64,000 nucleotides of DNA from an uncultured Myxococcales bacterium (lineage in GTDB: Bacteria > Desulfobacterota > Binatia > UBA1149 > SPBQ01). The stretch is taken from contig CAZKRI010000042.1 of assembly GCA_964555245.1 (NCBI GenBank), positions 2,567 to 66,566 on the forward strand. Reading direction: 5' to 3'. The first letter of the stretch is position 1; each line of letters opens with the position of its first letter. Position numbers and translations under genes: made by a program. The notes under the pieces were generated by a model. It saw only the letters and a program-made list of their open reading frames with translations, was not told where the DNA came from and searched no databases. Shown piece by piece: positions 19,706-29,024 of the stretch.

Positions 19706-21616
19706 TCACGGTGTGTACCAGATCGGTGAGGTGTAGGCGCGCTCGGTCACCGTCATGGGGACCTCGGGCCCCATCGTGATCCCGAAACGCTTGGCGTCGT
19801 AGGCCGTCCAGCGCGGGGTCGGAATCTCGATCACGCGCACGTAGTAGAAGGCGCGCTGGCTCGGGTCGAACTCGGGATCCTTCCAATAGACGGACAGCAG
19901 CGGGTCGCCGATGGTGTTCTTCCACGTGGCATTCTTCACGTCGACGGTGTTGCCGACTGGCGTCTTACAGCGGTCATCCGTATCGATCTTGCGGCCGTCC
20001 GACACCGCCACATCAACGACTTTCTCGTGGGTCTGGCCCTTGGCGTCGAGCCAGCCCTTGATGATCTGAACGCGATCCAGGTTCGCTCCGTCCGGGTCGC
20101 GCATGGCGCGGAGAAGGAAGACGGGTACCTTGCCCGCGGGCGCAGCGGAAAGACTGCCGCCCATCGGTACGCCGCGCGCATAGCCTTGGTCCGCGAAATC
20201 GGGCAGATCGACCTCTTCGGGCTTGAAGTTCCAACCGGCAAAGACGCGGACGAGGATACGCGTGCCGGTCGTGGCATAGACCTCCTTCTTCTGCATCGCG
20301 GCGAAGATGGCTTCACGGGTGTTCTCGCGCCCCCAGACAGCGGCATAGCCGCCGGCGCCCATGCTGTAGCCGTAGGTCGCCAGCTTCGGATCGCCGTTCG
20401 CCGCCTTCCACAGCACTTCCTCCCACCGACGGGGCGACGGCTCGTTCGGGGCGATCTTGCCGAAGAAGTTCTCCTCACCGGGGGCGGAGAGCGCGGTGTG
20501 GGCATCGGTGCTGCCGATCATACCGAACTTGAATGGGTTGGCGCCGAGCCGCGCCTCGTGCTGCAGCCCCATCTTGAGCGCCGAGCGGGCGTAATTGTAA
20601 GGAAGCATCTCCTTGGTCGTCACGATGGTGCCGCCGAGGGTCGTGTTGTCCCAGCGCTCGAAGTCGGCGAACTCGTCCGTGGGCGATAGGCTCGGTGTCG
20701 TCTCGCCGTCGCCCTTGATCTGGGTCACTTCGTAGACCGGCTCCCACTTCATTCGCTGCTCGGCGTAGGCGCGGTCGAACGGCTTGCCGCCGAACGTTTT
20801 GTCCGAGAACATCAATCCGGCGCTCACGTTGCCGTTGTGCGCGATGGCGAGCACTTCGCCCCCTGTCTTCTGCTCGTAGGCAGCGAGATAGCGCCAGAGA
20901 TCCTCGGGGTCCTCGCTGTCGAAAGCCGACAACGGAATGACCTGGCGCGTGTGGTTACCCCCTTCGCGGAAGATGATGACGCGGTGAAGGTTCGCGCTGT
21001 TCGGCATGGAGGTCCATTCGAAGCCGATGAACGCCGTGAACTTGCCTGGATCGTTGTACTTCTCGGCCGCGGTGATCTCGCGTTCCCACGCGGCGCGCTG
21101 GGCTTCGGGGCTCTTGAAGCGCTGGTTGCGCTTGCCGATGTCGAGCACGGCTTCGAGCGTCGCGTCGATGGCCTGCTGTCCTCCCGCGCGAAACATGTCG
21201 TACCAGCGCTTCCCGGCCGGGTCAGCCAGCAGCGCAGGATCGCCCTCGCGCAGCATGTTGGCCAACCCGAGATACTCGGCGTGATCAGACACCACCAGGA
21301 AATCGTGTGGACGCCGGAGCTGCGCCTTCAGCCCGCCGCTCGAGGTCACCACTTCACCACGCGCGAAGCGGAACGCCTCCTCCGGCCCGAGCGTCGTGCC
21401 CGTCAGGCCGGCATCCGGGGAGAACGACGTGTGCAGGTGCGTGTCCCCCCAGAGCACGCGATCAGGGATGTTGCGGCCCACATAGGGCGAGTAGTGCTTC
21501 TCGGCGACCCTGATGGTTTCCTTCTTTACTGGGACATCCTGCGCGAATGACGGCAAGACAAGGCCAATTGCCATCAGACCCGCGAGCGCTGCGTTACGAA
21601 GTGTTCGGCTTTTCAT
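19706..21616 (-). CDS. secreted DUF3604-family (PHP-like) metal-dependent protein
   Basis: 636 aa. Signal peptide. WGDTHLHTSFSPDAG metal-binding His motif near the N-terminus, typical of DUF3604. Confidence 0.6.
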   Translation of the reverse strand: MKSRTLRNAALAGLMAIGLVLPSFAQDVPVKKETIRVAEKHYSPYVGRNIPDRVLWGDTHLHTSFSPDAGLTGTTLGPEEAFRFARGEVVTSSGGLKAQLRRPHDFLVVSDHAEYLGLANMLREGDPALLADPAGKRWYDMFRAGGQQAIDATLEAVLDIGKRNQRFKSPEAQRAAWEREITAAEKYNDPGKFTAFIGFEWTSMPNSANLHRVIIFREGGNHTRQVIPLSAFDSEDPEDLWRYLAAYEQKTGGEVLAIAHNGNVSAGLMFSDKTFGGKPFDRAYAEQRMKWEPVYEVTQIKGDGETTPSLSPTDEFADFERWDNTTLGGTIVTTKEMLPYNYARSALKMGLQHEARLGANPFKFGMIGSTDAHTALSAPGEENFFGKIAPNEPSPRRWEEVLWKAANGDPKLATYGYSMGAGGYAAVWGRENTREAIFAAMQKKEVYATTGTRILVRVFAGWNFKPEEVDLPDFADQGYARGVPMGGSLSAAPAGKVPVFLLRAMRDPDGANLDRVQIIKGWLDAKGQTHEKVVDVAVSDGRKIDTDDRCKTPVGNTVDVKNATWKNTIGDPLLSVYWKDPEFDPSQRAFYYVRVIEIPTPRWTAYDAKRFGITMGPEVPMTVTERAYTSPIWYTP

Positions 21617-21647
21617 TGTCGTGTCCTTTCTTTCCGCTGCACTTGGG

Positions 21648-21845
21648 CTACTTCAGCGAGGCGGTGACCTTCTCGATCTTGCCGGTGAACGTGAACGGCA
21701 CGTGGTAGTCCTCGCTGACCGGCGTACCGGTGTCCTCGCCGATATCGAGGGTCTCGTCTAGCGACACGCAGACCGGAATGGGGCGTTCCACCCGACCCGT
21801 GGCGGACGCGCCCTTGCTGGCAGCGCTCAGCTCATGTCGAAGCAA
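21648..21845 (-). pseudogene. C-terminal remnant of a second arylsulfatase (paralogue of 363-2852)
   Basis: SLDETLDIGEDTGTPVSEDYHVPFTFTGKIEKVTASLK aligns with the C-terminus of the intact sulfatase (SIDESFDVGIDTRTGVDDSYELPFRFTGKIDKLTFKLG). No upstream catalytic domain remains. Confidence 0.7.
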
Positions 21846-21977
21846 CCTTCGGTCGGTTCGTAGAATCGAGAGCCTAGGATGGTTTAGCGCTATTTCACCG
21901 ACTAGGTCATGTCAACAAAGTACGCGTGGAGTAAGACCTCCGCCGCATACTGAGCCGGGCTACGACAATCGTCGCTC

Positions 21978-23322
21978 TTGCGCACGCCCGGTCGCGGGAC
22001 AAGGATCGTGCCCGTGCGGCTCGTACCCTGGCTTCTCGCTCTAGTTGCAGTAGGTTGCGGGGCCGACATCCGCGTGAACAGCAATGCCGGTGGCGACGAC
22101 GGCGCGAACGCCGTACCCGGCCAGAGCCAGGTCTGCACCGTCGAGCTGGCCGTGGAGGTGGAGGACGAGGACTGGACGGAAGTCGGCCTGTCCGTGCCGT
22201 ACGATCGGAGCATCGGCCAGTTCGCGCTCCCGGGATACGAGGTCGAATGCGAGGCCAGGGCTGGTGCACTACGGCTTTACGCGTCCGACGAGAGCGACGC
22301 ATCGGATCCGAGTCGCCGGCGCTTGGTCGTGTTTGCCGACGGCGGCGGCGGTCCGCGCAAGGACACTCCCGAAATCACCTGCCGGCTCTTTGCCCCGGTG
22401 ACGCCGCCGGTCGATGCGTTCCCTGGCGCGATGCCATGCACATGCCCGTCCGCGGCAGCTGGGATGAGGCCCAGAGTCGCGCAACGGTGCAGGTGTCACG
22501 CTGCCGGACGCTGGGTCAGGAAGATCTCGACCAACTGCAGCCGGCCGCACCAGAAGGTCCCCCGTGTCCACAGGGATGCGAGAGTGGGACGACGTGCATC
22601 CGTGATATCTGCGCGGCGCCCACGTGGTTCGAGGTCGATATCGAGCTAGCCAGCGCGGAACTCTTGGGCGCACTGATGTTCAAGGTCGACTACACGAATT
22701 CCGGCGGCGAGATCGTCGGCCCGGGCTTCACCAGCCATTGCAGGTTCAATGAGTCGTTCGGATCAACGGCCTTTGGCGCCCTATGCAACTTCATCGCACC
22801 CCGCTGGGGCTGCGATCTCACCCCGATTTCGCAATCCTGAGCAGCTGACCGTCGGCCTGGCCTCCATCGAGGGCTTCGCCGGGCCGCAGACGCTGCTCAC
22901 GTGCTCGTTTGTGACGGCGGCCGACGCGGTCGATGCCGATGCGTTTGTCGTTAGCGTTCTCGATGCCACGACCCCGTACTTCGAGCCCGCGGTCGACGAC
23001 ACGGTGGTGCGTGTTGCGGACATCCGCGAGATAGCTCCACCAGCGGAGCCTTAGCAACGCGCGTTGCGACGCACGGCGGCGCGCCAGCCGCACAATGTCC
23101 CGGGACCGTGTGGCAGATACTCCCTCGACTGGGCTCCGGTGCCGTAGTACCGATGGCTCGAGGCGCCGCTTCCTGCAAGGCTCACCAATCGTCCTCTCCA
23201 GGAGCGCGTTTGAGGTGCGGCTCGTCAATCTGGAGACCGACGTCTGCTTCGCAGCGACGTTCGACAGCGGCGACGTCAAGAAGAGCGACGCGACTCAGTT
23301 CAAGGCGACGGCGAAGAACTGA
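21978..23322 (+). pseudogene. disrupted lipoprotein gene built from tandem ~90-aa repeat domains (at least 3 frameshifts)
   Basis: Lipoprotein start (LLALVAVGCGAD) in frame 0. Protein-like sequence then continues in frame 2 (22430-22840), frame 0 (22838-23054) and frame 1 (to 23322). The fragments share a repeated domain: FEVDIELASAELLGALMFKVDY / LTVGLASIEGFAGPQTLLTCSF / FEVRLVNLETDVCFAATFDSGD. Confidence 0.5.
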
Positions 23323-23351
23323 TCCGCTCGAATTGAAGGCAGGCCCGGGAG

Positions 23352-23870
23352 ATGGACGCGCAAGAGGAGCACCCCCAGCGAACCGTACCGGAGGCGATCG
23401 AGCGCGTCTGTCCGGCCTGCGGCGGTGCGAACGCGCACGACGCCGTCTTTTGCGCGAACCCTGCCTGTCACAAGGCTCTCGGCGAGTTCAAGTACGTGAT
23501 TGAGGAGCTTGCGGCCGGGGCGCGGGTCGCGGAGAAGATCGCGGACCGGATCATCGAGTTCGTCGGTCGCCCCCAGTTCGTCGCGATCCACGTCGTGTGG
23601 TTCGCGGTTTGGGTGCTGATCAATTCGGGAGCCATCGCGCTGGTCGCCACCTTCGACGTCTATCCCTATAGCCTGCTCGGGATCATTCTGTCGATCGAGG
23701 CGATCCTCATCACCAGCTTCCTGCTCATCAGCAACAACCGGCAAAGCACGCATTCGAACAAACGTGCCGAGCTGGACTACGAGGTGAACGTCCGCACCTA
23801 TCGGCACATCCTTCAGCTTGTCGACCGCCTGGATGCCATCGAGAAACGGCTCGATCGCCTCGATCGCTGA
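23352..23870 (+). CDS. DUF1003 membrane protein with an N-terminal zinc ribbon
   Basis: 172 aa. CPACGG...C..PAC zinc ribbon. DUF1003 core (FDVYPYSLLGIILSIEAILITSFLLISNNRQ). Confidence 0.7.
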   Translation: MDAQEEHPQRTVPEAIERVCPACGGANAHDAVFCANPACHKALGEFKYVIEELAAGARVAEKIADRIIEFVGRPQFVAIHVVWFAVWVLINSGAIALVATFDVYPYSLLGIILSIEAILITSFLLISNNRQSTHSNKRAELDYEVNVRTYRHILQLVDRLDAIEKRLDRLDR

Positions 23871-23914
23871 ACGCTGCGGGGCACCGATTTGGATCGTGAT
23901 GGACCTAGTGTGGA

Positions 23915-24394
23915 TTGCACGAGCGCTGGCTGCGCGGCCATTCGCTCGCTATGCTCTGCACCATGGCGGCCCTGAGCGGCGGTTCGATGAGTGCCGAAGA
24001 ACTCGAGAGAGGGTTCCGTGACGCGCTCAAAGCCGAATCGGACCTCCGTTGGGCTTATCTGTTCGGCTCGGTGGCACGAGGCGGATCGTTCAGAGACGTC
24101 GATGTCGCCGTGATGCTCGACGCGACCGCTCGCGGCGCAGTTGCGTTTGGAGGCGTCGTTTCCCGGCTACAGTTGGTCGCGGGAGACTGCGTGATCGATG
24201 TGACGGACCTGAGGTCGGCGGCTCCGGCGATCGCGGGCCGGATTGCACGCGAGGGACGGGTGCTTGTGGACAACGTGCCGTCCGAGCGCAAAGCCTGGGA
24301 GATCGAGGCGAATCGACGTGCGCTCGACATCGAGCCGTGGCTCCGGCGCCAGCAAGAGCTCCGGCACAAGATGCTTCGCCGCCGCGCAAGCTGA
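23915..24394 (+). CDS. mntA: MntA-type nucleotidyltransferase antitoxin (type VII TA)
   Basis: Minimal nucleotidyltransferase motif LFGSVARGGSFRDVDVAVMLD. Alternative starts at 23954 or 23987. Stop overlaps the hepT start (TGATG). Confidence 0.75.
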   Translation: MHERWLRGHSLAMLCTMAALSGGSMSAEELERGFRDALKAESDLRWAYLFGSVARGGSFRDVDVAVMLDATARGAVAFGGVVSRLQLVAGDCVIDVTDLRSAAPAIAGRIAREGRVLVDNVPSERKAWEIEANRRALDIEPWLRRQQELRHKMLRRRAS

Positions 24395-24822
24395 TGGTCG
24401 AGCGGGACAAGGCCGGTCGGCTTCTCGACTCACTCGTCGACGCGCTTGCGGACCTTCGGCGCTATCGTGAGAGCGTCAGCCGCGCGCAGATGCGGACTTC
24501 TCGCGATATCCAACACATGGTCCTGCACGCACTTTACGTTGCCGCCCAGTCCGCAGTGGACCTCGCGATGCACATCGGCGCTGACGCTGGACTCCCGCAA
24601 GCTGGCTCTTATCAGGATGCGTTCCGCCGGCTCGGTGAGGCGGGGACCATCGAGACGGATCTCGGCGAGCGACTGGCGGCATGGGGCGGCTTTCGGAATG
24701 TGCTTGCTCACATGTACGCCGTCGTCGACCACGACCGTGCATACGACGCGTTGAGCGAGATCGACGTCCTCGAAAAGTTTGCCGCGATCGTTGCCAAGCT
24801 ACTCGGCGAGCAATCATCGTGA
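24394..24822 (+). CDS. hepT: HepT (DUF86/HEPN) RNase toxin
   Basis: 142 aa starting at the ATG overlapping the mntA stop. HEPN R-X4-H-X-Y motif RNVLAHMY near the C-terminus. Confidence 0.75.
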   Translation: MVERDKAGRLLDSLVDALADLRRYRESVSRAQMRTSRDIQHMVLHALYVAAQSAVDLAMHIGADAGLPQAGSYQDAFRRLGEAGTIETDLGERLAAWGGFRNVLAHMYAVVDHDRAYDALSEIDVLEKFAAIVAKLLGEQSS

Positions 24823-24928
24823 CTGGGTGGTGTGAAGGGCCGGCCGATGCCTGAGTTCGTTCACGAAGGTGGCATTACCGGACCACGATAGTTCCAGCCA
24901 CCTCGACCGCTGAGCGCGTGGCTGCCGC

Positions 24929-26377
24929 CTAGCCCGCCGCTAGGTTCGTCCGTGGGACCTCCACGGCCGCGAGCATCTCGTCGAAGCTCTCTTCGACGGC
25001 GCCGACGTAGTCGTGCAGGTCCGGCATCAGGTCGCGGTCGGCGTTGAACCCCCAGCACATCTTGCCGGCGTAACTGAACAGAGCGATCCCCACACCTTGA
25101 CCGGCGAACAGCGGCACGAGCGGGTACGTGACCAGGAGTCTCGCGTCGAGAAGGTAGAGCGGAAACGGCGGGCCGGGGACGTTGGTCACCACCACGTTGT
25201 ACGGATGGACGCGCCCGAGTAGCCGCACCATGGTCGACAGCAATGCCGGCGAGGTCCACTCGCTCAAGGATTCGAACAACTCGGTGCCGCGCGCTTGCTG
25301 CGAGCGCTTGAGACGCGTCATGGTTTCTCGCACCTGCTCGAGGCGGCGCAGTGGTTCACGCTCGGTGATGGGCAGCTCGGCGATCATGTTGGACACGCGA
25401 TTGCCGAGGTTGCCGCGCTCGCCCACGGCCCGCATGTTCACCGGACAGAACACGCGGAACGGAAGCACGCTTTGCGCTGACGAGGAGATCCCGCGCCGAG
25501 ACAGGAACCGCCCGGTCGCGCCGGCGACGGCGGCCAGGACGACGTCGTTCACGGTCGCACCGACGGCTCGCTTGACGGCCTTGACGGCATCGAGGTCCAG
25601 CGTCAGCCAATCGAAACGGCGATGCGAACCGATGGCGCGATTGAAGGGGGTGTCGAGTGCCTGTCGCATGCCGGCGGCGAACACCTCGGCGAGGGCACCT
25701 GCTGCTTCGCCTAACTGCCGTGCGGCAGCGATGGGATTGCGGACGGCTTCGCTCGCCGCCGTGCGCGCGAAAGCCAGCGGTGTTGCCACCCGGCGCACCA
25801 GAGCATCACGCGCGACTTGCGCCGCCGTGGGCGGCGGCGCCGGGATCCAGCGATGCGTCTTGCCGACCTCGGCTTGTGGCTCGGCCGTGAGCAGCACGGC
25901 CAGCAGATCGGCTCCCGAGACGCCGTCGATCATGCAGTGGTGGGTCTTGTTGACCAGCGCGAAACGGTCGCCTTCGAGACCCTCCACGATCCACATTTCC
26001 CAGAGCGGCTTTCCGCGGTCGAGCTGCTGGGAGTTGATCCACGCCACTAGACGTTTGAGCTGACGGTCATCGCCCGGGCGCGGCAGGCTCGTGTGCCGGA
26101 CGTGATAGCGGATGTTGAAGCTCTCGTCGTCGACCCAGACGGGGTTGGATGAGAACGGCACGCGCGCCAACCGTTGGCGGTAGCGTGGCAGCAGGTGCAG
26201 GCGTGAGGCGATGTAGCTGCGGATAGCATCGCTATCGATGCCGTGATGGTCGCGCTTGAGCGGACCGGCTTCGAAGATGCACGTTCCGCCGACGTGCATG
26301 TGGGTGGTGCGATCCTCGATGTCGAGGAAGAAACGATCGAGAGCCGTAAGCCGCGCGTAGTTGGCCACGAGAGCCAC
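24929..26377 (-). CDS. wax ester synthase/diacylglycerol acyltransferase (WS/DGAT)
   Basis: 482 aa. Catalytic HHxxxDG motif (HHCMIDGVSG). Confidence 0.85.
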   Translation of the reverse strand: MALVANYARLTALDRFFLDIEDRTTHMHVGGTCIFEAGPLKRDHHGIDSDAIRSYIASRLHLLPRYRQRLARVPFSSNPVWVDDESFNIRYHVRHTSLPRPGDDRQLKRLVAWINSQQLDRGKPLWEMWIVEGLEGDRFALVNKTHHCMIDGVSGADLLAVLLTAEPQAEVGKTHRWIPAPPPTAAQVARDALVRRVATPLAFARTAASEAVRNPIAAARQLGEAAGALAEVFAAGMRQALDTPFNRAIGSHRRFDWLTLDLDAVKAVKRAVGATVNDVVLAAVAGATGRFLSRRGISSSAQSVLPFRVFCPVNMRAVGERGNLGNRVSNMIAELPITEREPLRRLEQVRETMTRLKRSQQARGTELFESLSEWTSPALLSTMVRLLGRVHPYNVVVTNVPGPPFPLYLLDARLLVTYPLVPLFAGQGVGIALFSYAGKMCWGFNADRDLMPDLHDYVGAVEESFDEMLAAVEVPRTNLAAG

Positions 26378-26547
26378 CTCCTACGCACGCACCCCGGACG
26401 GCCGTCACATTGTCGCGCCGACGCGACGGCGTGTAAATGCCCGCGGCCACGCTTTTCCATAGGGAGCCCAAGTTCCTGGGGGCTTGACTACCCCCGGTTG
26501 GGCCGCGATGGTTCCACTCCCCAACCGTGGTTGGGGGGAGGTAACGC

Positions 26548-26853
26548 ATGATCATCGTCTTGGTCGAGGTCGTCGTGGCAGCGGGAGCTGTGGAAAAAGT
26601 GAGCCCGGCTCTGCGCACGATGGAAGAAGCATCGCGCAAAGAGCCGGGCTGTATGGGCTACGCGTTCTCGGTCGACGTCAACGATGCGGCCAAGGTGCGT
26701 GTCACCGAACGCTGGCGGTCCATGGAGGACCTACGAGCACACATGCGCATGCCGCACATGGCCGAGTTCCAGAAGGCGGTGGCGACGCTCGAGCCGACGT
26801 CGCTCGACGTCAAGGCCTACGAGGTAGCGCGCGAGGTCGAGCTGGGCGTCTGA
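26548..26853 (+). CDS. ABM-domain (antibiotic biosynthesis monooxygenase-like) protein
   Basis: 101 aa, ferredoxin-like ABM fold length. Similar to YgiN/ActVA-Orf6-type sequences. Confidence 0.6.
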   Translation: MIIVLVEVVVAAGAVEKVSPALRTMEEASRKEPGCMGYAFSVDVNDAAKVRVTERWRSMEDLRAHMRMPHMAEFQKAVATLEPTSLDVKAYEVAREVELGV

Positions 26854-26861
26854 CCGCGCGG

Positions 26862-27173
26862 CTATCTGCGGTTCCAGCCGCCGCGGTCACCACCACCACC
26901 GCCGCCGCCTCCGCCGCCCCCACGCTCGCGCTCCTGGGCCTGGCTGACCTTGATCGCACGGCCCTTCAGTTCTTGCCCGTCGAACTGTTGGATGGCCTTC
27001 TGAGCCTCGGCGCTCGAGGCCATCTCGACGAAGCCGAAGCCGCGCGACTGGCCGGTGTTCCGATCCATGATCACGGTCGCCGATTCACACGCGCCCGCTT
27101 GCGCGAACAACGTCGATAGATCCTGGTCGTTGACGCCGTACGAAAGATTGCCGACATAGAGTTTCTTGCTCAT
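26862..27173 (-). CDS. RRM-type RNA-binding protein with a glycine-rich tail
   Basis: RNP-2 LYVGNL and RNP-1 RGFGFVEM. C-terminal run of about 14 Gly encoded by a (GGC/GGT)n tract. Confidence 0.9.
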   Translation of the reverse strand: MSKKLYVGNLSYGVNDQDLSTLFAQAGACESATVIMDRNTGQSRGFGFVEMASSAEAQKAIQQFDGQELKGRAIKVSQAQERERGGGGGGGGGGGDRGGWNRR

Positions 27174-27439
27174 CCGAAACGCTCCTTGGTTCTGAGTCGC
27201 CGCAGCGACGTTGATTTCAGGTTACACGGCACCCTTGCCGTTACCTTTTTCTGCTGATTGCGGGGTGCGGGAAGCTCTCGGGAAGCACATCGACGAGGAA
27301 ACTCTCGCGCCGGACAGTCAGACGGCGCGAAAGCTACCAGCAAACGCAACGATGCGCAACCGTTTTGTCGCCGGGAGCCTCAGGGAGCCGCGACCGCCTT
27401 GCTTGGTCGCCAGCAAGCATCAACTCTACGACCGGCTCG

Positions 27440-29002
27440 ATGGCTCGCTCCAGCGCAGCGGCTCTTCGCGAGAGGTACGACGCCGTCGTGGTCGGCTCGG
27501 GCATGGGCGGGCTCTGCGCGGGCGCGCTGCTCGCTCGCGGGTTGCGGCGCCGCGTTCTGGTCCTCGAGAAGCACTGGACGCTGGGTGGCCAGACCCACGA
27601 GTTCGCACGCCCCGGCGGCTATCACTGGGACGTGGGCCTTCACTACGTGGGCGAGATGCGGCCGGGCTCACCCTCGCGCCGGGTCATGGACTACGTGACC
27701 GGCGGCCTCGTGGAGTGGCGGTCGATGCCGGTGGGCTACGACCGCTTCGTCTATCCGGACCTCACGTTCGTCGCGCGCGCGGACCCCGAGCAATACCGGG
27801 CGGAGCTCACGGCGGTGTTCCCCAGCGAGTCGGCGGCGCTGCGCCGCTACTTTCGCGACGTGCGGCGCGCCGCCGCCTGGCTGCGTGAGCGCGTCGCGGT
27901 CAGTGGCGTCCTCCCGCAGCCGCTGACGTGGCCGGTGCACGCCCACCTGGCGCTCCGCCGGGGGCTCGCCTTGCAGACCACCGCCGCCTGGCTCCGCGAG
28001 CATATCCGAGACCCCCGGCTACGAGCGCTGCTCGCCTCGCAGTGGGGAGACTACGGTCTGCCGCCCTCGCGCAGCGCGTTCGCGATCCATGCCCTCATCG
28101 TCACGCACTACTTCGGCGGCGGGTTCTATCCGGCCGGTGGTGCGCAGACGCTGTCGGCGGGCGCCAAGCACGTGATCGAAGGCCGAGGAGGTCATTGCCT
28201 GGTCGGCGCCGAGGTGACGCGGATTCTGGTGCACCGGGGGCGTGCCCGCGGAGTGCGCGTGCGCATGCACGGGCAAGAGGTGGAGGTTGAAGCGCCCGTG
28301 GTGATCTCCAACGCCGGCGCGCAGCTCACCTACCGTCGTCTGCTCGAGGAGCCGCTCTACCCGGAACTGGATCGACTGCCCGCGGGGCTCAGTGCGCTCT
28401 CGCTCTACGTTGGCCTCTCGGGGAATCCGGTTCGACTGGGGATCGACGGCTCTAATTACTGGATCTACGAGAGCTACGATCACGACGCGCTCGCGGATGC
28501 GCCGATCGAGGAGCCGATCCGTCACGTTTACCTGTCGTTCCCGGCGATGAAAGGAGGCTTCGAGCCGGCCACCGCCGAGCTGGTGAGCTTCGTCCGCTAC
28601 GATGCGTTCAGCCGCTGGCGCGATCTTCCGTGGAAGCACCGCGGGCCCGAGTACGAAGCGTTCAAAGAGCGGCTGGCAGAGGAAATGCTCGACGTGGTCG
28701 AGCGTCGCATGCCAGGTTTCCGGCGCTTGGTCGCCTACCGCGAGCTGTCGACGCCGCTGACGATGGAGCGGTTCACGAGCAGGGCGCAGGGGCTCATGTA
28801 CGGGGTTCCGGCGACCCCGGAACGATTCCGCATGCGCTGCCTCAACGCGCGCACTCCCATCGCCGGCCTCTACTTGAGCGGCTCGGACGTGGTCAGCCTA
28901 GGTGTGGTCGGCGCCATGGCGGGCGGTGTGGTGGCGGCTGCTGCGGCCTCGGGCCCGCGCGGAGCGATGCGGATCTTCAAGGCGCTCGGTACGACGGGCT
29001 GA
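27440..29002 (+). CDS. FAD/NAD(P)-dependent oxidoreductase of the phytoene-desaturase (CrtI/retinol-saturase-like) family
   Basis: ATG at 27440. Dinucleotide-binding fold YDAVVVGSGMGGLCAGALLA...LVLEKHWTLGGQ. About 520 aa. Confidence 0.75.
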   Translation: MARSSAAALRERYDAVVVGSGMGGLCAGALLARGLRRRVLVLEKHWTLGGQTHEFARPGGYHWDVGLHYVGEMRPGSPSRRVMDYVTGGLVEWRSMPVGYDRFVYPDLTFVARADPEQYRAELTAVFPSESAALRRYFRDVRRAAAWLRERVAVSGVLPQPLTWPVHAHLALRRGLALQTTAAWLREHIRDPRLRALLASQWGDYGLPPSRSAFAIHALIVTHYFGGGFYPAGGAQTLSAGAKHVIEGRGGHCLVGAEVTRILVHRGRARGVRVRMHGQEVEVEAPVVISNAGAQLTYRRLLEEPLYPELDRLPAGLSALSLYVGLSGNPVRLGIDGSNYWIYESYDHDALADAPIEEPIRHVYLSFPAMKGGFEPATAELVSFVRYDAFSRWRDLPWKHRGPEYEAFKERLAEEMLDVVERRMPGFRRLVAYRELSTPLTMERFTSRAQGLMYGVPATPERFRMRCLNARTPIAGLYLSGSDVVSLGVVGAMAGGVVAAAAASGPRGAMRIFKALGTTG

Positions 29003-29024
29003 ACTGCGGCCCTGCTTTTGACAC

